From Hydrolagus colliei (lineage: Eukaryota), in assembly GCA_035084275.1 (NCBI GenBank), contig CM068779.1, positions 1,550,001 to 1,614,000 of the forward strand: a DNA stretch of 64,000 nt. Reading direction: 5' to 3'. Numbering within the stretch: the first letter of the stretch is position 1; the number at the start of each line of letters is the position of its first letter. Shown here in pieces: positions 24,212 to 35,300 of this stretch. The translations under genes and the position numbers were made by a program. The notes under the pieces were generated by a model. The model saw nothing but the letters and a program-made list of their open reading frames with translations. It was not told the origin of the DNA and made no database searches.

Positions 24212-25998
24212 CCTGGCCTCAGCCTGTGTCCTGGTCTCTGGTCACTGAGCAGCCTGTGTACCTCTCATACTCATTGCCCTCTCTGCTGTACTGAGTGCTA
24301 TATCTGTATCAGGAAATGCAATGGGGGATATTGCTCCTGTCGTTTACAGCCAGAACGATCGATCGTCAAGTGATTAGTTATCAACCAAATATGTAAATGA
24401 ATAGTTTGTGAGCTGAGTCACTGCTGGAAGGCCACACAGCGCAGCTCTCTGGGTTAGCTGTGCACCACATGAGGAGAAAGTACCTACTGTATTGTTAGTG
24501 TTATTACAATGTGTCTGATATTCTGTCAGTCTGGCTCAATGGGTAATATTTATATTAACCAGAAAAAAATGTCTTCCTTGTGATACATTACCTAAAGCCA
24601 CTGAAGTCCTCATCCAAGCCTTCATTACATCACAGCTTGATTATGCAAATGCCTTGCTGGCCAGCCTTCCCAATTCCTCCCTCCACAGGCTGCAGATAAT
24701 CCAGAATTCTATGGCTTGTGTCCTCTACCTTTCCAAACTCTGTGACCCCATCTCCCCCCATCCTTGCCCTACTTCATTGGCTCCCCATCATCCAGAGGAT
24801 ACAATTCAAGATCCTGGTCCTCACATTTAAAGCCCTCTCCACAACCTCGCCCCACTCTACATCCACGGCCGCCTATTCCCTTACCAACCTGCCCGTCCCC
24901 TTCGTTCAGCTGGCTCTGGCCTGCTGCACGTCCCCCGACACACTCCCCCAACCATTGCCGGGGAAGCCTTCAGTCACTCTGCCCCCAACCTCTGGAACTC
25001 CAACCTGAAGTCCGTCCGCCTCGCCCGCTCGCTGGCCTCCTTCAAGTCTCACCTCAAGACTTTCCTCTTCGATGGACCCATCGGCAACTCCTTCCTCCTC
25101 CTCCCTGCACCGTCCTCAGTTTGGGTCTGAAGCAGTAACTGTCTAGCGCTTTGGGACGCCCCCTGATGTGAAAGGCGCTATACAAATGTAATTTTGTTTT
25201 TGTTGTTGTTATCACATCTTTGAGACGTCTCAAAGTGCTTCACAAAATGTACTGTAAAGTATAGTGACTGTCTATTTGGAGGGCGAAATGCAGGAGCCAA
25301 TTGCACACGGCAGCAAATAGTTCCTGCCTCACATCTGTTAAAATAACAATAATCCTTCCAATTGATAAAGCACTTTTCACATCTACTAGATATCTAAATG
25401 TCAGAACTATTTTTAATGATGACAAACACAATTGTAAGAGGAATAAATTCTCAGCTAACACTGCTTACATTTTCCCCAACAATTCCTCAAACCCTAATTG
25501 GTCATTCAATCCACGTCTGTTTGTGGGGACGCTGCTTTGCGCAATTGGCTCCCGTACACCCCCACCCCTCCAAAATGTACAATCAATTCACTTTACAGAA
25601 TATTCTGTGATGCGCTTTGAGGCGTCTAGACAATGTGAAAAGCGTTATGTCAGTAAACGTCCCAGGATATACTGTAATATTAATAGACAACATATTTTGT
25701 GGAGGAAACACAGCAGTCCCACAAACAGCCGTGTGTTAAGTGACCAAATTATCATTACTGGTATTCCTTTTCCAGGCTCCTGTGCTTTGTTCAAACCATG
25801 TTTTGACTTGAAATGTCTGAGACATTATATATCAGTGGCCAGGAAACACACTGCAGTCAGTCCCCACCCACTTCCCACTCACTCCCTATTTGCTCAATAA
25901 GTGCAGAGCTGGGAGACGATAAAACGTTACTGACTGACTGAGTGTAACCAGCACAGGCTGCTCAGTGACCAGAGACCAGGACACAGGCTGAGGCCAGG

Positions 25999-26050
25999 AT
26001 GCAGACAGCACTACTCGGGGTAGTTGCCCTTTGCTGCTGTGTATGTGCGG
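25999..26050 (+). CDS. Signal-peptide exon, plus-strand gene
   Basis: MQTALLGVVALCCCVCA G|gtgagt. Confidence 0.88.
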
Positions 26051-26243
26051 GTGAGTCTCAGTTTCTCACTAGCTCTCAGTTGGGAGTTTATTGAAGATGA
26101 TTTAACGATAGAGACAGTGAGAAGTTGCTGACCAGTCCCTACAATAGAGAGAGAGAGAGAGAGGGCGTCAGTCAGGACGGACTGTGTAGATGTGTATTCA
26201 GTCGATGCCTCGCTGTCGTTAATATGATCTTCTCTCTCTCCAG

Positions 26244-26555
26244 TTACAGCCCAGTTCACCATCACTGTCCCACATGGTACCATTACAGTCCCTGTCGGGG
26301 GTACAGCTGAGCTTACAGTCAAAGCGTCTGGTGAGGTGGGGAGTGGTGAATGGTATTTCGGCAATGTGCTTGTTTGTCGTTGGCTTCTGTCATCAATAAG
26401 TATCTCCCCTTCTTACCAAGACCGGGCTGTGTTACTCCCCACCTGGTCTATCCAGCTAAAAGCTGTGAATTATACTGACTCTGGGGTTTACACTGTGACC
26501 ATGCTCTCACACACTGGCACCAAGGCCACAGCGACAGTCACCCTGAAAATGAAGG
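26244..26555 (+). CDS. CEACAM-like IgV N exon, type N2
   Basis: 312 nt phase 1-1; VTAQFTITVPHGT...EWYFGNVLVCRW...DSGVYTVTM...VTLKMK. Confidence 0.88.
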
Positions 26556-29500
26556 GTAAGTAACAGTTCCGTTTAACACTAACTTATGTATGTACCATTC
26601 ATTTGTGACTAACCTGGTCACCAAGTTTAGGGAGAAGATTTAAATTAACATCGTCACACAAAATAATAATAATCCTTTCATTTGATATTGCGCTGTGTCT
26701 GTGTGGGTGAGTCTGTCAGTCTCACGATCTCTCAGTTAATGATAATAATGATGATAAAGCTTGCATTTGACAAAGTGTTTTTCACGCCTTCTAGACGTCT
26801 CAAAGCGCTTCACAGAAGATGCTGTAAAGTGAATTGACTGTATGTTTGTGGGCGGAACGTGGCAGCCAATTGCGCACGGCAGCGTCCCCCACAAACAGTC
26901 GTGGGTTGAAAATGACCAATTTTATTATGGTGGGTTTTTTTGGGCGGATGAGAACTTGCCCAAGGTTTGGCTCTGAGCTGTCTGGATTCGAGAAGGATCC
27001 AACAGGAAAACAAGAGTATCAGGTTTCAGTCTGGCTGGGTTGGTGCCAAGTGAGTCAGAATGCTGTGGTCCCATTTGGGGACTTCAGCTGTTCATAGGCT
27101 GAGATGCCAATGCAGTGCTCAGCTAGATCAGCCCTTGGCCAGACATTTAACACTGTGAGCCCCTCTGCTTGTTTTAACATTTTGTGGAGGATAAATGTTA
27201 AGTATCCAGACAAATGGACAAGCGGCTCGTGATCTAATGGTTGATTTGCCTGTAATGCTTAAAGCAGAGAAATAATGTTTCTGTCGTACAGATATACAGT
27301 AATTGTGTTATTTTCCTAGTTTCTCTCTCATGTCCTGAAGGTTTTTAACAATTCTACTGGAATATAGTTCCATAATCGCATGTGGCCACTTGTATCTCCA
27401 ACAAGTAACCATTATTAGTGTTCCACAGAGCCCTCACCTCGCAAGCGAGAGGATCTGGTTTGATTCCTGGCTTGGTTTATAATTTACCAATGTCACCAGA
27501 ACGGCTAACAGTCATGAACAACAACAAAATGACACTTGTATAGCGCCTTTCACGTCAGGAGGACGTCCCAAGGCGTTGGACAGTCACTGCTTCAGACCCG
27601 AGCTGGGGTCAGGGGTGGGTGGGAAATGGGGGATAAGGAGTTGCCGATGGGACCATCGAAGAGGAGGGTCTTAAGGTGAGACTTGAAGGAGGCCAGGGAG
27701 GGGATGAAGCGGAGGGACTTCAGGATGGAGTTCCAGAGGTTGGGGGCAGAGTGGCTGAAGGCTCGCCCACCAATGGTTGGGTGGGTGGGTCGAGGAACGT
27801 GGAGCAGGCCAGAGCCTGCTGAACGGAGGGGCCGGCGAGGTTGGTAAGGGATAGAAGGTCACGGATGTAGGGGTGGGGGGGGGGGGGGGGGGGGGCGAAG
27901 TTGTGGAGGGCTTCAAATGTGAGGAACCGGATCTTGAATTGGATCTCTAGATGATGGGGAGCCAATGGAGTCGGGCGAGGATGGGGGAGATGGGGTAGTT
28001 TGGAATAACAACTTCCATTTACACAGTGCAGTACACAGAGTGCTCGGCAGTGATGAAGTCTGACCACAAGTCATGGGGGAGAGGGAGTGGGGAGCTGGCC
28101 ATTAGCAAGCTCAAACAGGGAAGGTCTTTATGGGAAGTTGAATATAGAGACACACAGGGCAGAGAGTTCCAGCGTTTTAGGGCATAGTGGCTGAAGGCAC
28201 GGCCCACTGATGGTGGAATGGAGGGGCACAAGCCACAAAAAAGGAGGCTGGAGCCAGCCGAGTGGAAGCAAGCGGGCGGTGAAGTGGGGGCTAAGCAGGT
28301 TGGGGAGGTAAGGAGGGAATCCAATGATTTGAAAACGGGTGAAGGGATGTGTAAATCAAAGTTGAAAGCACAGTCGCTAGTGTATTTGCCTTGGGTTTGA
28401 TTCCCAGGCAGGGCAAACCTTTAGACAAGTTTCCTTACTCGACACAGACTGTGTGTGGGTTCTCTGTGTCTCTGTGTTCCAGTCAGTTGCTGAGTCTCAG
28501 AGGAACCCAAAGAGGAAACAGTTTGTTTGAGGTAAAGGTGCTGTTTCTCTGTTAATAAAGATATAACTCGCAGGTCTGGGTCTTCTGGGTTCCTTAATTC
28601 CCATGTTGTTTTTGCTTTTGCTCTCGTGCTGTGACTGTCAGCAGCAGAGAGGAACAAGAGGCTGTGAGTTCAGCTCTACGCGTCCCCTGTAGTTCGACTG
28701 TTTTCCTGTATTTCTGGACAAATAATGAGATGGAGTAGGAGGCCTGGGCTTTAGTTGTTGTCTGAAAGCGCTCTGACTTCTGACCGTGGCCAACGATGGA
28801 GCAGGTAGGGCTTTGCCCCCCACATTGTGCTCTGCCTGTCCAGGGCTGTGTGTGTCTATGTGTGGAGATAATAATAATAATCCTTGCATTTGATATAGAG
28901 CTTTTCCACGTCTTCTAGACGTTTCAAATCGCTTCACAGAATATACTGTAAAGTGAGTTAACTGTATATTTGTGGGTACAATGCGGCAGCCAATTGCGCA
29001 CAGCAGCGTCCCCACAATCAGCCGTGGATTGAAATGCAATTTTAAAAAAGTGATTATTGTCAGGCGTGTGGAGTAAGGAAACTTGCCCTTGCCTGGAGTG
29101 GAACCCAGGTCCCTCACTTGTAAGGCGAGTGCTCATAACCACTGAGCTACAGGAGCTTCACAAATAGAGACTCTGCCACTCGCAATGCTGCCTTGCTGTT
29201 GGCTTCGGGAACATGGGGAGAGAGTATCCACATTGAGGCTTCACTTGATTATCTCCAAAGACTTTCCTCCAGGATAATGTTGAGTCCAACCCAGGCAGGC
29301 TTTACGTCATCGGTTAAAGGAGCGGCAGTTGATGGAACGAATGGCCTTTTCTCAATCCGTGCTTTCTTTAAAGTTATTTAGGTGAATTTATAATCTTAAA
29401 GCAATCCAGGAGAATTGACTGTATATTTGTGGGCGAAACGCGGCAGCCAAATTGCGCACAGCAGTGTCCCACAAAGAGTCACCGAAATGGGGCCAGGAGA

Positions 29501-29780
29501 GAAAGGGGGAAAAGAGGGCAAGGGGGGAGAGGGAGGGAAAGGTGGGGTAAAGTCAGGGAGGAAGAGGGGGAAGTGCTGGCACACACCAGGCGTTACCAGG
29601 CCTCTGTGGCTTACAGCAACAATTTCCTGTATCTGGGCCTATGACGGCCATTTTAATTAAGGGTTAGACACAGATAATAACACACCGCATCACTTTCAGA
29701 AACCTCTGTCTCTCTGCCTGTATGTTTGTGTGTGTGTGTGTTTGGGTGTGCGTCTCTCTCTCTCTATTTTTGTGTATACT

Positions 29781-29856
29781 CACTCACTCACTCACCCACC
29801 CACTCACCCACTCACTCACTCACTCACTCACTCACTCACTCACTCACTCACTCACC
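29781..29856 (+). repeat. (CACT)n microsatellite
   Basis: Direct reading. Confidence 0.95.
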
Positions 29857-30415
29857 GTGCACAATTGGCTGCCGTGTTTCGCCCACAAATATACAGTCAA
29901 TTCACTTTATAGTATATTCTGTGTAGCGCTTTGAGACATCGATAAGATGTGAAAAGCGCTGTGTCAAAATGCAAGGATTATTATTATTATTATTACCAGT
30001 GTAGAGCTCTCATAAGAGTCTCTCTTTGTCTCGATGAATTTTAACAAGATTAGTTGACGCCACTGGTGCCCGCCTACTTCTTCTCTTGGTGTTTGTTGTG
30101 AATCTCTCTCTGTCCGTTGCAACTGACAGTTTCAACTGTTTTGAGAGATCATTAACCGTTTCTATTTATTTATTTTCCTCCAGTTTTCGACTTTAAATTC
30201 TAAATATTCTAACACCGATGTGAAGGCTGGAGCAGGAGCTGTATCAATGTAAAGTTGTACTGTATTAATGTATATTATATCTTTCCTGATTTCCATGTCA
30301 CCAATTTCTTGTTGAAAGTAACATTCTGTTGACTTGAGTTTTATTTAAACTAAAGCAGAGCAGGCTGGTAACTGTTCTCCCAACATTTACATCAAATCCT
30401 TTCCTTGCTAAACAG

Positions 30416-30501
30416 GTGAAAACAATAGCAGTGTGTCCGTCCATGTTGGGCTCAATGTTGGCGTGATTCTGATCGCTTTAGTGTCACAGTTCATCTATTA
30501 A
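30416..30501 (+). CDS. GPI-signal-like terminal coding exon (GENNSSVSVHVGLNVGVILIALVSQFIY*); exon continues to donor at 30529
   Basis: tttccttgctaaacag acceptor, phase 1; leader+N+this exon = 450 nt = 149 aa + stop. Confidence 0.78.
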
Positions 30502-31690
30502 AGACATCTGTCCCTGAGAAGACAAGCTGGTAAGTTCCTGTCTATATCATTCCACATGAACCATCACAACAGACGGACAGATGTTTAGGGTTATCAAGGG
30601 TTAGTTGGTCTCGCAAATGAGTTCAATTCTCAGGCTGGGCGTGAACGATTAGGAAAGTTTCCTGCCTCCACACCCCACCCCCACACACGCCTCTATTTAC
30701 CGGCAGTCAGTAGGAACCCGCTTGTTAGTCAATAGTCAATCCCTCTTCCTCCCTGACTTTACCCCACCCCATGTTTTCCTCCCTCTTCCCCCTTTCCCTC
30801 CCTCTCCCCCGTTATTACCCTATTTTCCCCCTTTCTCCCCTGGCCCCACTTCCATGAGAGCCTTGAGTGTTGAGACGGGCCGGCCTTGAATGAGGCAGGC
30901 GAGGGAGCGAGAGGCGAAGGGATCGTGGGATGGAGTTCCAGAGTGTGGCAGCAGAGAGGGGGAGAGGGGAGAGGAGTGCAAGGCAGTGTTGGCAGAGGAG
31001 GATACGTTATGTTGTCTACACCAGGTCCCAGTCTCCAGCCTTCTCTTTGTGCAGTTACTAGACAAGAGTCTGGCAGCTTGTATCACCCACAGCGTTTCTC
31101 GGTTCAAGAACTCTGGCCGCGTAATTCTAATAATGTGTTGCTTACATGTGATATCATCCGCAGGCCTGGGGTCAACTCTATCTCTCTGCCCCCACCCTCG
31201 ACTCCAGAACCACTGCTGTCCTGACGGATTGTCTACCAGACATCAAGTCCTGGCTGAGACCTGACTTTCTCCAATTGAATGTCCACCTCAACCAATATCT
31301 CTGCCCTCAGGCACTGAAACCCTTATTCGCGCTTTCATTAAATCCAGGCTTGACTATGAGAACTCCCTTTAAAGCCCTCCATGGCCTTGCTCCTCACTAC
31401 CTCTGCCCCCTATTAAAGCTTCACCAACATGTCCTCTGCTCTGCAGACACTGACCTGCTCCACGTCCCCCTGACCTGCTCCACTATGGACAGTCGGGCCT
31501 TCAGCCTCTCTACCCCCACACCCTCTGGAGCTCCAACCCAGAGCCCTCTCCCCCTCGCCACCTTGCATGCCTCCTGCGAGGACATTTTTAAGACCCTCTC
31601 TTGCACCGTGCCTTCAGTCACCTTCCGCACACAATTACATACACACAAACACACCCCACACATACACACATACACATGCATAAGGATATA

Positions 31691-32308
31691 CAGTTAACCC
31701 TCATCGAACGCGACTTTATCGATTGTGAATTCATGTATACGCAATGAAAAAAAAGCATCACTTTTTTGTGCAGTGCGCATAAAACTAATGTATACGCGCT
31801 AGCTGGTCCCGAATGCATGCGCACTTGTGAGGACAGCAGCAGAGTTCCTGGCTAATTCCGCTGATTCCTCGGCTGGCTGGCCCTGCACGGAATGCACCCT
31901 TACGAAAGTCCGATGACCCTTCAGCCTCGGAGCATCCTGATGGCATTACATGGTAAACAGAAGAGAGAGAGAGAGATTCTCCTAACACTTCCAGGACCAA
32001 AGGTAAAATAATTCAGGCTAGCTGTAGTTTTATTGCTTTATTTTTTATTGCTTTGTGATACTATTGCTTTATTACTTGGGGGGGGGGGCGGGGGTGGCGA
32101 GGGGCAGGCCAGCCGGCTGTAGCCCGCCTCAGTACGTACCTTGCATTGGTCGGGTGTGGATGTGCCTGGAGGCCTGAGGTGGGTAGGCTGTGGCTGGATT
32201 GCCCTAACCCCCCCCTTTTCCCATCACTAGTTGAGCTTACCCAACGAGATTTTACTGAGTGCGCAGTTTTCCGGGAACGTAACTCCCGTGGTCAACGAGG
32301 GTTGACTG
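31691..32308. mobile_element. Non-autonomous Tc1/mariner-pogo (Tigger-like) DNA transposon
   Basis: TA flanks (31689-90, 32309-10); TIRs cagttaaccctc / gagggttgactg (11/12 match). Confidence 0.75.
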
Positions 32309-35300
32309 TACAGAGCAACGACATGCCATTCAGTCCAACTGGTCGATGCGGCATTAATGCTCTAAACGAGCCTTCTCCTCACGTCCTCATTAACCCTACA
32401 AGCATAACCGTCTATTGCTTCGTGTACCTATCTTGCTTCCCCTTAAATTCCCCTCAACAGTTCCCTATGGTTCCAAGTTCTATCTTCCCACTATTCTCTG
32501 CGTAAAGAAATGTCTCCTAACGTCCCTATTTGATTGACTGTATTTGTGACTGTTTTATTTGCACACACAGACATACACACACACATAGACACAAAGGAGG
32601 GGGTGGGATGCAAAACATGATCAAGATATGGGCACGACACAAACCACAGGAAAGGAGAGGGGCGCGATGAGGATGGCGGGATAGGAGGGTGTGTGACTGA
32701 GAAGACGGGATAGGAGTGGGCTGTAGCTTAGTGACTAGAGCGCTCGCCTTACAAGCGTGAGACCTGTGTTTCGAATTCAGGCAGGCCAGGGCAAAACCTT
32801 GGGCACGTTTTCTTATTCCACGTGCACACACACACACACACACACAGACAGATACACACACATGCGCCTAATAATAAAACGTCCAAAAAATACAATCATA
32901 AAATTGGTCATTTCAATCCACGACTGTTTGCGGGGGACGCTGCCGTGCGCAATTGGCTGCCGCGTTTCTCCCACAAAATATACGGTCGATTCACGTTACA
33001 GTATATTCTCTGAAGCGCTTTGAGAGGTCGATAAGACGCGAAATGCCCTAGAAACCAAGGAGCGAGACAAAGAAGATGGTAAAGGAGGGGGTGAGAAGAT
33101 GGTGCTGATGGAGGCATTTCCAAAATTTCTGTGTCTCAACACACCTCCAGGTGCAACCCACCCCCCCACACCCAACTCTCTCCCTCCCCTCCCCCCTACT
33201 GTGCGCCTCCCCCCTGCTCGGGTCCCGACCTGTCTGTCGAGGACATGCCGATGGGGAAAGGATACGATGAGTCAAAGAATATGGGGAAGTGGGGGGTGCG
33301 AAGTAGAAAATGGACAGCGGGGGGCGCGATGGAAAAGATAGAAGAGTAGAGGGAAGATGGTCCCAAGTGCATGAGGCCAATCATGGAAGACTGGAATATA
33401 GGAGGCGCGAAGCAGCAATCAGGATAGCCTTGGGCGCGATGCAGAAGATGAGATAAGAGGAGACACGGCAACAACAACAATATTACATTGATAGAGCACC
33501 TTTCACGTCGGGAGGACGTCCCAAGGAAGGAGAGTAGGAAAGAGGGAAGAGTTAGGGGAGCAGAAGGCGCGGTCACAGAGGAAGGTCTTGAAGGAGGAAA
33601 GGGAGGAAGCGAGGCGAAGGGACTGCAGGATGGAGTTCCAGAGTGTGGGAGGCAGAGAGACCCACACACGGACACAGTCACATACAGACAAATACACAGA
33701 CACTGCAGATACAGACCAACACACACACGGACACAGTCACACACAGACACACTCTGTCTCTCTCGCAGATGCAGACAGACACACAAGGCAACGATAACAA
33801 AATTACACTTGTACAGCGCCTTTCATATAAGGAGAAAATCCCAAGTCACTGTTTGAGATCTGAGCTGGAGTCAGATATGGGGAGGGGGGAGGGAAAGTAG
33901 GGTTTTTGGGGTGACTGAAGGGATCGTCGAAGAGGAGGGACCTGAGGTGCGACTTGAAGGAGGCCAGGGAGTGGGCGAGCGAGGCAGAGGGACTGAGGGA
34001 TGGAGTTCCAGTGGTTGGGGGCAGAGTGACTGAAGGCTCACCCTTTAGCCAATGGTGGGGCGGGTGGGCTGGGGGACGTGGAGCAGGCCAGAGCCTGCAG
34101 AGCGGAGGGTTAGTGGTGGTGTTAGGAAGTCACAGATGTAGGCTGGGGGCTAGGAAGTGGACGGCTTTGAATGCTGTCTGCAACCTGCCCTCAGCCTGTG
34201 TAGGGACTGGGGAGGGGTGGAGGGCAGGGCAGGGATGGGGGAGGGAGGTGTGGGGGAGGTTTAACACACCGAGCCGCGCCGACACACACCACCAATTCCA
34301 CAAAACACACAGTTACTACACTTTACGTTATTCTCTGTGAAGCACTTTGGGACACCTCAAAGACTTAGATAAGACATCACACGCGAGGATTTACTATTTA
34401 TTAGATAGTGAAAACAGAAAGTGTGGATTCTTTCAAGAACAAATTAGAGAGATTTCTGTGAGGAAATAACATCTGGGGATACAGTATACAGACACACACC
34501 CACAGTGCAGTATACAGTAAGTGTGAGCTCCTCTATATAGTTTGATATTAACAATGATACCTCTATCTAAAAATAATATCTTTGTGTAGAGCCGTATAAG
34601 TCAGGATGTTGTCCTAAGGAGCTGGACAGTTAGAGATTTGGAACTGATCTAGGGTTGGGATCGGTTGTGGGGGCGGGGTGGGTGACCAAAGGCACGGTTT
34701 GTCAAAGAGGAGGGTCTTGAGATGAATGAGGCTTGAATGAGGTGAGGGTGGGTTCGAGGCAGAGGGACTGAGGGATGGAATTCCAGAGAGTGATGGGGCA
34801 GAGAGAGAGGCTGAAAGCCCGACCTCCGATGGTGGGGCGGGTGAGGTCAGGGGTGTGAAACAGGCCAGAGCCCGCAGAGCGGAGGGACTGGTCGGGATGG
34901 TAGGGGGTTAGGAGGTCACAGAGGTAGCTTGGAGAGAGGCTGTGGCCAGACACGCAGAGAGACAGAGACACCCTGTGTACAGTTTGGGACACGACATGTC
35001 AAGCGACCAGGACAGTGGAAGGTAAACTGGAGGGATCTTCTAAATCAAATCAAATATCGCTCCTTTCACGTCGAGAGGACGTCCCAAGGCGGTGCACAGT
35101 CAGGTGGGGACAAGAGCAGGTTGGGGGGGAGAGAGCTGGAGGGACAGGATGAAGGAGAGTAGGAGAATTGGCTATATTTGTGGGCGAAACGCGGCAGCCA
35201 AATTGCGCACAGCAGCGTCCCACAAACAGTCACGGAAGTGGGGCCGGGGGGAGAACGGGTCTTTTGTTGAGCAATTTATTATACGGATATTATAATAATC

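Noticed and set aside
26556-26563. Secreted N-only isoforms by intron read-through (GK* or GKYSNSSV*)
   Set aside because: Short read-through stops follow automatically from gtaag donors; no nearby polyA signal was convincing.
28483-28531. 49-nt exon-like segment between N2 and the GPI exon
   Set aside because: Gives an immediate stop in phase 1 and has no counterpart near the other GPI exon.
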